NCBI RefSeq assembly: GCF_035084215.1
Contig: NC_090327.1
Coordinates: 86,986,001 to 87,050,000 of the forward strand
Reading direction: 5' to 3'
DNA from: Heptranchias perlo
Lineage: Eukaryota
DNA length: 64,000 nt
Part shown: positions 25,249 to 38,700 of the stretch, in pieces
Layout: every line of letters begins with the position of its first letter
Position numbering within the stretch: position 1 is the stretch's first letter
Translations under genes and position numbers: made by a program
The notes under the pieces: generated by a model
What the model was told of the DNA's origin: nothing
What the model saw: only the letters and a program-made list of their open reading frames with translations
Databases searched by the model: none

Positions 25249-26859
25249 AACTTGTAAGTTTACAAATCTGCCCAATTTTCCTCAGTGCACATTCATTATA
25301 CATTCATAGTGAGCTTTAGGTGCTATTATTGCTCTCTACAGGCAACCCGGGTCGGGGTGGGGGGGAAGGAAAATCCAGTCCTTCTGTAGCAGCTGAAACG
25401 GTCAGAGCAACCATTTTGTGTCTGTAAAAATGTGGCTTATTGCAGTGTATGAGACTGGTACTTCTTCAGGGCACCAAGCCCACAAATTTAAAGGCTCTTC
25501 AGATGGGGTGTTACTGTCTGTAATCCAACGAAGTAGGAAAAATGCCAGACCTTAATGTAAATGCCATCACTTTGTTGGCAAGATAGTAATATAATTTTCT
25601 TTGTACCATATCTTATAGATAAATAAATTAGTTATTTATTTTAACATGTTATAGGCATAATTTGTGGTAAGAATGGTGGGCAACTGATTAGCATCTTTAT
25701 TCTACTTGTGAAGATCACATGTGCCTTTGTCATCCATAAGTTACACAGTATTCTCACTGGTGAGGTAAACATACTGACACATACTGAGTGCCCTTTAATA
25801 TAAATCTTTTTTCAACTGCAATTTGAATACTGGCTGATATTAATTTTAATATTAATTTGCCCAACAAGAGCTGTTCTCAAAAACATCTAAACATTTACTC
25901 AATATATCTTTAAAGTTATTTTAAAACTATAAATATGTTGCTGCATTAAATATTACTTTTGGTTCAGAGTTGTATAAAAAATATCTTATCTATTCTAAAC
26001 AAAGGGTTATTTATGAAATTGTTCAAACTACAAAGGTTACTTTTCTACCTACCTTTACAGCTTAATTATCTACCACCTTCAAACATTGCAAGTTAACAGC
26101 CCTCTGACAATACCATGCATAAGCTTCATAGTTTTATGATTTGACCTGCTTGAACACGATTTCTCTCAAACACAGTTGGTAGGAAGTTAATTTTATATTT
26201 CACAAGATTTAATTCCAGAGACTACCAAGACTATTTGTACAGAATCCTTGGCTAACAGAACTTGTTAAATTTGAATTTTCACTCTTGTCTGTTGATTGCC
26301 TGCCTTTGTGTTGCTGGTGTGAAGTATTTGTATTCTTTCACCATTTCATATACAACAACATATTCACAGATTTGTACATAAATGGGAATAGCCACATATA
26401 ACTCACGTGAGACCTGACTGTCTATCTTTTAATGTAGCCCTGCTACTCTGGAGCACCCAGAGGAGCTGATTTATTTCATGTAATTAAAAAAAAATCTTCA
26501 AGCAGGTCAAACCTGTTAGTTTAAAACTCAGGTAATTTATACTTTGATTACAATATATATTTAACATATCACCCCTGTATTTCTGGGGTGAGTGGCTGAA
26601 GATTAATGTATCATTCAATGTACAATGGGTTGCATGCTGTAGTAGGTAGAAGACAGATCTCTGACTATAGCAAGAGGTGATACCTTACCCTAGTACAAAA
26701 CCTGCTGGAGAAATTGCACTATAATTATTAGTGAACACAATTCTTACAATGTACCATGCAAATTTAAACAATGTTCACTGGATATATGTGACTGTAACCA
26801 TTAGCTGCAAATGTAAGTGCAAAATCATTAACCATCTGAAAAAGATCAATTTTCTCTTC

Positions 26860-27145
26860 TTGGTCCAACGCTTGTTAATGATGTTAACTGGCCCCCTTCC
26901 TCAGGTACTGTTCCCCAGGGCCTTTAAAACTAATGTCATCACTCCCTTCCTTAAATAGCCTATCATCAATCCCTCTATGCTCACCAGCTTCCTCCCCATT
27001 TCCAACCTCACATTTTTCTCTAAGGGCCTTGAACTTGCCATTGCAACCCAACTTTGCATCCACCGATTCCACCACTTCCTGCCTGAATCCCTTCAGTTTA
27101 TCTTCTATCTTATCCACCGCATCAAAAATACTCGTCAAAGTCATC
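26860..27145 (+). mobile_element. Degenerate L2 RT fragment
   Basis: ..FPRAFKTNVITPFLK and PISNLTFFSKGLE resemble L2 FKxAVITPLLKK..RPISNLPFLSKVLE. Confidence 0.6.
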
Positions 27146-27560
27146 TAAGTGTAGTACTGTCTAATAAACACTTAAACCATAACCACCGGACCCACATTTT
27201 TGAAAGAAACACAGGTCCTGACGGTGGCAAAAAACAGTGTTATTTTTGTTATTGATTCAAGTCTCTGCATTATTTAATGATTAATAAAATCAATGATATT
27301 AGCTTCAAAGTACAGACAAGTTGTCTCCTTTACCACATGCAATAGTTTTTTCATGTTCTGCATTAACTGATAACAGAGTGTGTAAAGGGGGTTCATATTA
27401 CAGTGATCACAGAATACATTATGGCTTATTATTTTGTATCCATTTGATAATATTTTGGCAGTCATTCATTTATTTTTTCTTTTCAAAGTCAAGCAAATTC
27501 ACAAAAGTTCTGTACATTTGGTAAACACATGTTGCTTGAAATCCTATAACTGCACACATG

Positions 27561-27757
27561 AAGCTAGAAATTGCTGTTGCTGTATAAGCAGATGAAAGCT
27601 TAACAACCTCCTGCGACATTCCTCTGTCCACTATTTTAATTCAATTAACTTACTTATTTTAAATGGGTTAAAGCATCTGCTAAAATAATGGACAGAGGAA
27701 AGTCATAAAAACATGTTAAATATTCCTCTGCTGATATTACATAGTAATTTCTAGGTT
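27561..27757. repeat. Old foldback (MITE-like) palindrome
   Basis: CTAGAAATTGCT..AGCAGATGAA..TTCCTCTGTCCACTATTTTA is mirrored by TAAAATAATGGACAGAGGAA..TTCCTCTGCT..AGTAATTTCTAG. Confidence 0.65.
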
Positions 27758-28559
27758 GATACGTGTTTGGAGTTCAGATGTTGTTCAGAATTCAGATGCT
27801 GTTCGCCTGGAAAATAATGTGCAGGTGTATCTAAAGAAAATAATCTGACAAAAACATGTTTTGAATGGGCTGTGGACTATATATTTGTTTTTAAAATGTC
27901 CTACATGTGTCTCCTTGGTATCTTTAATGAGTGAACTCTTGTGAGAGTTGACATTGCTGACATTACCTCTTTGTAATCAAACAGGTGATTCTGAGCTAGT
28001 CTGAGTGTGTGAGAGAATGAATGATTGATTACATATAAATAACATTGCTAGATAATGTAGGTAGACCTAGCTTTGTTAGAGTATGTTCATGCATAGACTA
28101 TAGCTGGGATTCTTTTCTTAACACAAAGAAAAAATAAGTGCTGCTGATATTACTGATGTTATGGTACAATATGTTACGAGATAATACTACATGCATAAAT
28201 GAAATGAAATGGAGTGAAAACTAGGGATCTTCCAGCCCATGTCCCATTTTGACCATTCTGGCGAACTAGGGCTTTTGTATTGAATAAAAGAACCTAAACT
28301 TTCCACCTACCCTTATAATTCCTTCTTTATTTCTAAATGACGCATCTATTGGGTCAATCTGAACATCAACCAGAAAATGGCAATTTTCCTGGAAGTAAAA
28401 TGCTTTAATTACCATTTCAAAAGGGGACACAACTCCAATAAAGTAGCATAATGGTCCATTCATACTGCACACAATCTGCAAAATAACTGCAGCATAACTG
28501 TAATGATTTCAGGGGGATTTGGTTTAACAAAAGTGGTGTGATATAGTCCCACAACACCT

Positions 28560-30499
28560 TGACGTCACTGCTCAAGCATAATTGTAACCAGCACAAAGCA
28601 AATTTTAAAAATTTTCAAACTTTACCTTTAAACGTTGCAATGTTAGTGAACAGTTGATTGAGGGTCAGCTCATCAGCAATGTTAAAAGTTTTACTGGCAT
28701 TTGGTGATGTTGGTGGTGGTGGTTGTTCCAAGCGGTTGGAGTAGTTCATTTCTTCAGTTTGCAGATCTCCTTGTGAGAACCTGTTAGGTGTGAGAGGCTC
28801 CCTGGCATCACGAGCAGCCATGTGTGCACCACTGCTCTGGTGATGAGTTGCCCACCTTTGTCCTCCTCCTCCTCCTCATCGTCTTCTTCAATGTTGCTGG
28901 CAGACAAGGATGCTTCATGAGCCCATTCGAGCTCCTTCACCTGTAACCCTCTCTGCTGAGCGGTGTTGTGCAGGATGCAACAGACCACTATCATTCTGCG
29001 CACCCTCGCTGGTGAGTACTGAAGGGATCCCCAAATCGATCCAGGCACCTGAAGCACACCTTCAGCATTCCTATGACTTGTTCAGTGACAGACCTGGTGG
29101 TGATGTGGCTCTGGTTGTACCTCTGCTGTGCCTCGTTGATGGGGTTTCTCACAGGTGTCATGAGTCACATCTGCAGGGCATATCCCTGTCTCCAAGGAGC
29201 CAGCCTTCAAATCTGTCTTGCGCGTGGAAGAGGTCCGGGATGTTGGACTCGGGCAAAAGGAATCATGGTAACTGCCAGGGAATCTGGCACACACCTGAAG
29301 AAATCTCTTCCGGTGGTCACAAACCAGCTGTGCACTGATGGAGTGATATCCCTTTTGGTTGATGAACAGTCCTGGCTGATATGGAGGTCCTCGGATTGCC
29401 ACGTGAGTGCAATCAGTTGTGCCCTGCACCAATGGGAAGCCAGCGAGAGAGTTGAAACCCACTGCCCTCTCAGTCTGGCTGATGTCGTCGCAGGAGAAGT
29501 TGACGTAGTCGGATGCCCTGGCAAACAAGCCATCTGTGACCTGTCATATACACTTAGGTGCAGATGACTGAGAGACCCTGGAGATGTCACCAGTGGTGCC
29601 CTGGATGGATTTGGAGGCGTAGAAATTGAGGGCAGTGGTTACTTTGAGTGCGACGGGCAATGCATGGCCACTACGCCCAGCAGCTGTGCATGAAGGAGCG
29701 TGCAGGTATCTGTGACCACCTAGCGACTCAATCTGAGCCTCCTCAGAGAAGTCCAGGAAGCTCAGCCTCTGCCTGTACACCCACTCACGAGAGTAGTGCC
29801 TCCTGCGACATCAGCCCTCCGTTGGTCCCATCTCTGCTCTTCTGCAGGTCCTTGTGGTGTACCTCTGTCTTGTGCACCTGCAACTCCCAGAACAGCATGC
29901 CATGTTTTCTGGGGAAGATGATGTGCCTTCTCCTCAGATATACCATTGAATAAATTCAATGCGCCCCACCATCCTGATGTTGTCAGTTTGAGGGGGCCCA
30001 AAATGTAGGTAAATATGTCTGAACACAAGAATTCTGAGTGTGAACAAAGAAATCTCAGTCTAAGCTCAAAGAACTCCCAGCCAAAGGTTTGTCTGAGAGA
30101 ACTGATTGCCTTGCTGCAAAAACTCAGCTTTTAGTCACATGTATCAATCATTGGTTTAAAGGTCCAAATGAGCTTCAGCTGCAACTCGCCTCCGTTTTCA
30201 TGGCATGTTTCAGAGGCAACGGGAGACATGTTCAGGAGAAGTTCAAATGGTTTGTGTAACTCAATACACAAAAAGTTAATCATATTAAGTGCTTTAAATA
30301 CCTAAATTGGCTCTTTAAATATCGGCCCGCCGACTTTAAGTGCCAGTGGGACTTCTGGGAGCCAGAAGCGCGTGGACTTCTAGGTCAAACCTGGAAGTAG
30401 CCGCATTGGAGCTGGGATGCGATCCCACTCCGATAACTTAGTATTTTCACTGCCCACCCACCCCCACCGTACCCATTCTTGGGGGTTAAAATTTATCCC
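28560..30499 (-). mobile_element. PIF/Harbinger transposon 5' half with a decayed transposase
   Basis: ORF pieces 29544-29780 (ALPVALKVTTALNFYAS), 29082-29528 (GFPLVQGTTDCTHV..KGYHS..RFPGSYHDSF) and 28746-29057 (LQYSP..IVVCCILHN..acidic tract). Terminus GGGGGTTAAAATTTATCCC at 30481-30499. Confidence 0.88.
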
Positions 30500-30500
30500 A

Positions 30501-30937
30501 TTAGGTGACCAAAAGCTTGGTCAAAGGGATAGATTTTATGGGGCAACTTAAAGGAGGAGAGGTAGAGAGGTGGTGAGGTTTAGGGAGGGAATTCCAAAGC
30601 TTAGGGCCTAGGCAGCTGAAGGTACGGCCACCAATGGTGGAGGGAAGGAAATTGGGTATGTGCAAGAGGCCAGAATTGGAGGAGTGCAGAGATCTCAGAG
30701 GGTTGCAGGCCTGGAGGAGGTTACAGAGATGGGGAGGGGCGAGGTCATGGAGGGATTTGAACACAAGGATGAGAATTTTAAAATCAAGGCTTTGCCACTC
30801 CGGGAGCCAATGTAGGTCAGCAAGTACAGGGGTGATGGGCGACTGGGACGTGGTGCGAGTTAGGATATGGGCAGCAAAGGGTTAGTTGAGCATAAACTTA
30901 CAGAGGGTGGTAGGTGGGATGCCAGCCAGGAGAGCTT
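30501..30937 (-). mobile_element. L2 3' fragment
   Basis: ORF 30501-30764 FKSLHDLAPPHLCNLL..IGGRTFSCLGPKLWNSLP. Confidence 0.85.
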
Positions 30938-32644
30938 TTCTTAGAAGGACAGTGTTGTCCTAATTGGCAATGTGTTCAATATGATACCATTATCAAACCA
31001 TTAGTTGCAGTATAACTGGGGCATAAGTTTCAATGGGGTTCTCCTTAACATCATCCTCATCCCTGTGTACTGGACTGCATGAAGTAATGTGAATGTAATT
31101 TGTTACACTGCATTTTTTAACCCCACAGACAATCACAAAGGTCTTCTTCCTACTAACTTCAAGTGATGAAATTTCCTTAAATTCCAACCCTGACAGGGAA
31201 GACACATCATTGATTGAAGTAGTACTTTGCAACCCAGTATCCTGGATAATATATACCATTTGGGATTCTTTTGGCTAGCAAACCTGCCCACAATGAAGTT
31301 AGCAGCCAAGCAGGAAGAAAGTAGAGTATCACAACCCAAGTAGAAAAATAAATAAAAGCTGGATTTCATTACAATGTAACTGCACACAATTCTGAACTGT
31401 GTGACAAGTTTCTGTTTAGGAGAAATTTATTTGAAATTTATAATTAAAAAAAAATCAGATCAAGCATCTTTTTTAAAGTAGCATTTAAGAAAATAATATT
31501 TCAGTATAAATATGAGTCATTAAAATTAAAAGTTTAAAAAATGATCATGTATTAAATATTTAAAACATCAATTTATGTAGAAAAATAATAAAAAATTAAA
31601 TGAATAAATTGTGAACATAAGTTTCTCCTAGTTGCACAGTGAGGGAAATGTTTTGACTCGTCTTCTTTCAGTATAGCAGTGAACTATATATTCTTCCTAT
31701 CTATTGTCCTCTGTAAAATTACCATTGTGCTTATTCTTTTCTAGTAGTGTATATGGTATAAAATGGGTCAAAACTGTTCTCCTATAAAGAATTCTAACTA
31801 CTGCCTACTGGAAATGGAAATGACTATCACATTATATCTGATTATTAGAATAAAGATTTAATATATTTACAGTGTGATAGAGTTTCCTGTTTTTGTTGTA
31901 ATTTTAAAATTTGCTAAAATTTAAACAAGTTTTAAAGGCTTTTCCCTGAAGGACAGTGTTGTCCTAATTGGCAATGTATTCAACATGATTAAAAAGAAAT
32001 GGGCTGCATCATAGACCTTGACACGTTATCTCTTGAAGGCAAAATACCCTGTGTTACAAAATTCAGTTAATATGTTGCTTCTGCAGTTGCAGTCTTGGAG
32101 TGTTTTGTATCAAATTAGCCCTCAATTCCTTGCATACTTGAGCAAAAAATCTGCACTTGTGTTTCAATATCTCAAGGCTGAGAATGGCCATGCGAACATA
32201 ATGAGCGCATTATTAGGAGAGCAATGTTCTTTGTGAACCTTGTAAATTTTAAATGATAGGATGTTTCACAAGATAAGACACAAAAATTTTGCAAATGTAA
32301 GTAAAAAGCAGGTACCAGTTAAAACATTACTCGATGATCCCTGATATAAAATCTATTGACGTTGTAATGTCCCAATTTTAATCATATAGTCTAGTCTCAT
32401 AATTTAAAATGGTAATTTTTCATGTTAATTATTCTGCTGTAAAATCAGCAGATTAAAAGAGTTATAAATACAGCCTTACTAAGTCCATTTTAAATGAAGG
32501 AATGAACGGAATACTTACTCTTATTATTATCCAACAGCAGCACCTGTTTTCAGAAAATGTATAAACCATGATCTGTCACTCAAAGTACAGATTACTGCTG
32601 GCTATACTAAATGCATAATCATAGGGCCCGGAGGCTTGGATCAT

Positions 32645-32886
32645 TATTCCTGCCCTCCACCCTATCACAGACCTTTCCCTTTTGTTCTTTTCCTGTCCCC
32701 TTTACCCTGGCTCTGCACTTGCTTAAAAGTTATTCATCGTTAACATCTTCCAGTTCTGATGAAAGGTCATCGATCTGAAACGTTAACTCTGTTTCTCTCT
32801 CCGTAGATGCTGCCTGACCTCGTGAGTGTTTCCAGCATTTTCTGTTTTTATTTCAGATTTCCAGCATCCGCAGTATTTTGTTTTTG
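32645..32886 (+). mobile_element. Penelope-like element 3' end, second family
   Basis: Pyrimidine-rich segment, then a hammerhead motif, then GATGCTGCCTGACC..GAGTGTTTCCAGCATTTTCTGTTTTTATTTCAGATTTCCAGCATCCGCAGT. Confidence 0.7.
32752..32788 (+). ncRNA. Minimal type I hammerhead ribozyme motif
   Basis: AGTT-CTGATGA-A-AGGTC(ATC)GATCT-GAAA-CG-TT-AACT; stem III is the palindrome AACGTT. Confidence 0.75.
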
Positions 32887-35577
32887 ATTAATTATTTATG
32901 CTATGTGATATTAGTAATGTACATGTTAATACATTCATATGTATGTTATTTTCCTTAAGACAATGTGCATATACTTTATGAAGGCACTGTACAGTTTGTC
33001 ACATGGTACTTACAAAGATATACATTGGTGCACCAGGGTAGTTGGCATGTTGTGCGCACATTGGGAACAGCATTCAGTTTGTGGGGGGGGGGAGGTTAAG
33101 GATGATTTAATGATAGTCCATAAGGTTTGACTAAGGAAGGTTCAAGGACCTTGCAGGTATCATGGTGGGCCTTGCTCTTTGTGGAGTACATGGAGGGGGT
33201 TTGTTACTAGTTTGTAATCCCCCTTTGACAGGTGGCCAGAGCCTATGTGAGAGGACCCTAGTTTATGTAGGTTTCCAGGAATAGGTTAAAGACTGACTCT
33301 ATTTTCTGAGTTTCAGGCAGAGTCCATACATCCCCCTTTCTGACTGGCATATATCCCCTAGATGGTTCATCCACATGTTTGTTGTAGGGAGGGTAGTGTT
33401 CTGCGATAATGGGATGATGCATCATCTTCCAGCTAGAAGTGGCAGGTGTGCTAGTCTGTGTGTTATGAGGGTGGGGGTTCACTTCCTAATGGGTAAGCAC
33501 AGTAGTCATCTGCAGAGGCTTGTCATACTCTTTGTGGCCTTCTGGAGTGTTGCTCAGAAATGTTGAATGGGGGAGGAGGAAGTGACAGCAGGACCAGAAT
33601 GTGCACACCAGTGTACACCTCTGGCCACAGCCCTCTAGTATTTAACCCCAGGGAGGGCTGGAATTTGTGTGGGGTGAGGTACACTCGATATGTTTTCTTG
33701 AGCTGGCCCTATGCATTCTGCTGCAGGTGATGATTATGAGGATCTGCTTCCACACTTCTTCTTATTCTTTCCCTGTTATCTGGCAGCCAAGGTCTCACTG
33801 CCAAGCCACTTTCAGGTTTTTTGTGTTGTCTTTTGATCTGGAAGCAATCATGGTAGAAAGGATGGAGATACATTTGTGGAAATATATCAGGGAGGGGAAG
33901 TACAGTTCCAGGGAGCTTGGCTCATGTTGGAGTTATTCAAGTATGGCTGGATGTGGGAGGAAATTTTTTATTTGGAGGTGGAGGAATGGGTCATGCTGGG
34001 TGAAGTGGAATTTATCTGCTTTCTGTCTACCAGTTGTTGCAAGATACAATGTGGCCTCTGGCAAGGAGTTGACCTAGTCTGGTTTTGCAGGTTCAGGTCC
34101 TCACCGCCACCACCTCCACCCCAGCTGCTGGTCAACATGGCAAGTGCTCATGCGAGCTCTCTATTCTGCTAGATTGGAAAAAGAACAATAAGCCTTGAGG
34201 GATTCTCATCTATTCAGGTTGACATGTCTGCTGGGCAGGGTGAATGGGAATTTTATTTTGTATAAGATGGTGAGTTTGGGCATTACCTTCGCCCCTGAAG
34301 CTGGATTTTGAACATGCAAGGGAATAGGTTGTGTGGATATGTTCCACAAGAGCATTGCCCTCAATTTTGGAAAGCTTAAGCTTGTAACCAATCTCCTTGA
34401 TTATTGGAAGATATTGGGGAGTGTGGTGGAGGGGTTAGTTGCCTCAAGTAGGATGTCATCAGCATGCTGTGACATTTTATGTTTGGTTCCTCCACCCACT
34501 ATTCCATTGATGACTGAGCTCAATCTGATGATTGCTGCCAAGGGCTCTATAGCCAGTGTAAAAAGGTCCCCTAGTCTGTTCCTCCCTTGAAGGGGGAAAA
34601 TCAGAAACTGGTGGCCACTGGATGTGAGGCTGTAATATGGGATTTTGATCCACTTTTGAAAAGTGTCATTGAAGTCTGAGTACAATGAGCATGGATTCCC
34701 ACTCCACTCGGTCAAATGATATTTCTGCATCTAGAGAAAGTATTAGGACGGAGGTCTGATGATGTCACAGTGCTTCTTAATGTTAAATAGGTATCTGGTG
34801 TTGTTGCCTGAATGGCAGTCCTGTAGGAAACATGATTAGTCAGGACGAACTAGAGCAGGGGCAAATGTGTGCAACGTAGAGGCTGGGGATTTACCAAATG
34901 TTTTGTAGTCAGTGTTGGGTATGATATGGAAGGAGCAAAGGCTGAGTTCTTTGCTTTTTTTGTGCATTCATGTGATTAAGCTGTCTTGAAGGTGACTGGG
35001 AGGGTGCCCATCTCCTCAAGGTGTGAAGGAGTTTCAGTTGCACAGGTGTCTGTTCTGGGACCAGAGCTTTGAGAAACTCGGCTGGATTGCCATTGGGTCC
35101 TGACACTTTCATGATTGGAGGCTTTCTATTGGGGTGAGATTTGAGAGGGAGAGGTTTCTTGTGGGGTTGTTTGAGACTCTGGGGTGTATAGTGCAGTAAA
35201 AAAGATTGCAAATTCCTTGTTGATTTTAGTGGGATCAGAGGTTAGCTTACCATCTGCTTTCCTAACTGATGTGATGTTCCGTTCTGTATGTGCTGTTGCA
35301 GTGTATGATAAAAGTTTTCCTGGCTTGTCCCCCTGCTCATAATATTTAGCCTTGGTGTTTCTAAGGAGGTTTTCTGCTCCAGTTGATAACAGATTATTAG
35401 TTCATCTCTGTTCTGTATCAGGGCTCATTCCTTGTTCTATGATCAGTGATAGCTTTATGTCCAAGTACCGGGGGTGGGGTGGCGAGGGGTGAGTTTAATA
35501 GTGACTAGTGCATGGAAAGAGATGACTGTGGGCTCAATCTGTTATCTTGAGGTTGGTGTGTTGGCTTCAGAAACAAG

Positions 35578-35749
35578 TGGGTAGAGCTTGACTTTATGAG
35601 ATAGTGTAAAATGGGTGATGACGAGTCGGTAGCCCATTTTACATCTCTCCCGATTTTTCTAATGCAATAAAAATCGGGAGTATTGGAAAACGGGCTGCCA
35701 ACTCACTATCACCCATTTTACACTATTGTACAAAGTCAAGATCTACCCC
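35578..35749. mobile_element. Foldback MITE (Harbinger-like) inserted in the L1
   Basis: GGGTAGAGCTTGACTTT..TAGTGTAAAATGGGTGAT pairs with ATCACCCATTTTACACTA..AAAGTCAAGATCTACCC; flanked by AAG at 35575-77 and 35750-52. Confidence 0.8.
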
Positions 35750-38700
35750 AAGTGGTTGATTCTGGAATGTGTTTTATGTGGGTTTTAGCAGAAGGTTAAT
35801 CTCTTCACTGGGGTTGCTTGGTTTTCCAGATATCTATGAGGACAAGATCGTTACATTCTTCACAGATTGTTCTGGCAATTTGCCCTAAGTTGCCGGGTAG
35901 CTTGTCCACCTGTGAATGGAGGGCACAGTTGAAGCCTTCTCCCATGATTATCGTGTCTTCCGTATGGGAGGCAAGTGAGAGGAATTCTAAAGTGGGGAAT
36001 GTGGGAGGAGTCCTTGTTTGAGGCATAGATAGTGATCTCCCACTACCTACCCCTTTACTAGGTTAGAACAGGATGGACAACTCCAAGCGCTTGTTAATCA
36101 ATATGTCCAGCTCTCTGGTCCTGCATGAACAGATGGCTTTCATTGCTTGTCTTATGCAGCCCCTTATGAGTTTATCATACTCTGAGCTGGTGAGATGGGT
36201 CCCCTCCAGAGATTACATCTCTGCCTCCTCTTTCATGAGGTTAGTCAGGATTTTCTTCCATTTGGGTGATTCAGGCCTTAAATATTTAGGGAGATCATTT
36301 TGATTTCAGCCAAGGGGGCTGGGCTGCTGTGTTCTGGACACAAGGGCCTGGAACTGCCCAGAGTTGTGGCTTGTTGTAAACGCTGTCTGCAGGTAGAGGG
36401 GTTGTTCCTGTCGGTTGTGGGACCCCAGGTATTAGGGTAGCCCTTTCCTCCTCACCCTGTTGTGTTACCCTAAGGAAGTATTTTCCCTGAGCTTTATCAC
36501 CCTGTGTATATCTACAACATTGTGTATACCTTTTCCCTGGTACTGTGTTTAAGGCAGGTTCCCATTCACCTTCCTATTCCTACCATTCATTCACAGATTA
36601 ATTGCCCTGTAGGGAGTGGGGCAGGGTAGTTCAGTTGGTCTTTGCCTGGTCCCCATACTTGCACCCGATCCCATGTGAATGGCTGGTCACAGCATGTATG
36701 AGTTTACTGGGTGATTGGTGGGGCTGGCAGTCCCTGTCTGTCAATTCCTGCATGTCCCTGGGCTTGTGACCCCATGTGTTGCCATTGAATATTCAACAAT
36801 TGATTTCCCCCTCAGAGTTACTATATTTGAGCAGTGTTGGGTACTCAGCATCGTTCCAACAAAGCTAGAGCTATTGAATGTCTGTGATTATAAGCGACAA
36901 TTTTCCAATGGAGCACACAGGGAGTGGCCTCTGAGTGCTACACTGGGAAATCAACTCTTATAATCACAGCGTACTTGGTGCTAAACTTCTGATTACGCAA
37001 ATATCACAGTTTGTCCTGTTTTCTATTAGCAAACAGTGGTCTCATTGGTGACTCAGAAATTATGTAAATGCCTGACAATTGGTCCCATGAAGAATTCCCC
37101 ATGCTGTTCTACGATGCAGCTCTTGATTTGCTGAGGACCTGAATAAAGTGAATTCTGGGAGGTCTGCAAGCTGCTCAATGAAAACTCCATCACTGAAAGC
37201 CAAGTTGCCATATCTGTGAGAGTTGCATTTTGAACGCTGTTTTTGACGTGACAATCTGAAGTTTGTACATTAGAACTAGTGCATTCATTTTTTCTGCTGC
37301 TTCCTTCAGTTTTTCTGCAATTTAGCACTCCTTTGCTGCAAACGTCCAACAGCAGCATTCTTGCTTCCACCAGTTGATCCCTCACCTGCAAATAGAGAGG
37401 CTGAAATTTTGGTTTCAAGCATTGATGGCACGGACCCATGCCATGCACAGAGTGGGCGGAAGACCTGGTCCGATTTTAATTGCACAGTCTGCACTTTCTA
37501 ATGGGCTTGTGCTGGAGGATTAGCAGGTGTGTGCTGTTCCAAAGCGTAAGCCTCAAAAATAGCTCCAATTATATGTATATTAGACCATAAGCTTGTTGCC
37601 CAGTGATTTCTTATGTGTTGCCTGCTGGCACACAGCCATACTGGCTGGCTGACATTTCTTAATCCTCCTCAGTGTTTGCAGGCTGCATTGCAGATGTGGC
37701 AGCCGACTGTGGTCTGAGTGTTGGGTGAGGGTGTAGGCCGGCCATCTGCTTGCTTTGAGTGGGCACTCATTATTCTTCCCAACCTGGTACTCTTTCTTAG
37801 TCCAGAGATCTTTTTCCTCATTTGTTTCCCTCAGTGATGCACAAGGAGATAGTATTCAGGAGATTGGCCACCTCTTGCTGTCCAGTGGTGCTGTTAGAAG
37901 GGTTGACTCTGCCCCAAAAATGGTCATTTTCCTGAGTGCTACCTCCTCCAGCGGGATCTCCAAGCTTTCATCTGTAAAGGGCCAGATTTTGCAGCTCATC
38001 CAGCCATTCTCTTTGCCCAGCAGTTAGCCTCCATTAGAAAAAAAAACCATTTAAGTGCAGCAGCCCTTTTAGAACGCTTTGTGGGGGATCCTGCATGTGC
38101 ATCGCATTCTTCTTGGAGGCTGTCATTGCTATGAGGTTGCATGGTGAGAAGGTGGGGGAGGGTCTCTGGATGAAGGTGTATGCTTCGGCTTTGCATGAGG
38201 TCACGTGCTGCCTCTAGGTTTTATGGAGAGGTGAGGCATTCTTTATCAGATATTGAAGCTTGGCAGGGTGAATCATTCTTTATTGATGCTTTGGTTGCTC
38301 GGTGCAAGTTTGGTGCCATTTAAAAACATTGCATTTCTGTAGCAGCTTGGAGGTCAGGTCTGCAAATTTTGATATGCATTGGTTTTTGAAGTGTAGAGTA
38401 TCCTTGACACTAATCTGGTATATTATCATCTCCTTCACCTGGAAGTTGAAGAGCTGTACTACAAAGGCTCTGGGGCATTGTGGGTTTGTGACCCTGGGAA
38501 CTAGAGTTCTGTGGGCACAATCCAGTGTCAAGTCCACCCTATTGTCCAAGTTCAGGAAGAATCTAAGGGTTTCCTGGATAAAGGGGATTGGTCTGTTTCT
38601 CCCCTGACTTTCAGGGAGACTGAAGATCTGAATATTATTGCTGTGCCTCCCGTTACAGAGGCCACCCACTTTTGTGACTATTTTCTAGTCCCACTCTAGT

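Larger units (their letters stand above)
17200..25283. mobile_element. Decayed PIF/Harbinger transposon (transposase on +, Myb/SANT ORF on -) with nested Penelope, H2B and CR1 sequences; outer limits inferred
   Basis: Transposase remnant at 17225-17590 and convergent Myb exon at 19773-19985. GC-richer terminal-type sequence at ~20480-21050 and 24504-24696. Putative right TIR CCCAATTTTCCTC at ~25271-25283. Confidence 0.55.

Noticed and set aside
29082-29528. Domesticated HARBI1 gene
   Set aside because: Broken across several frames and bounded by a TIR-like end, so it is a decayed transposon.
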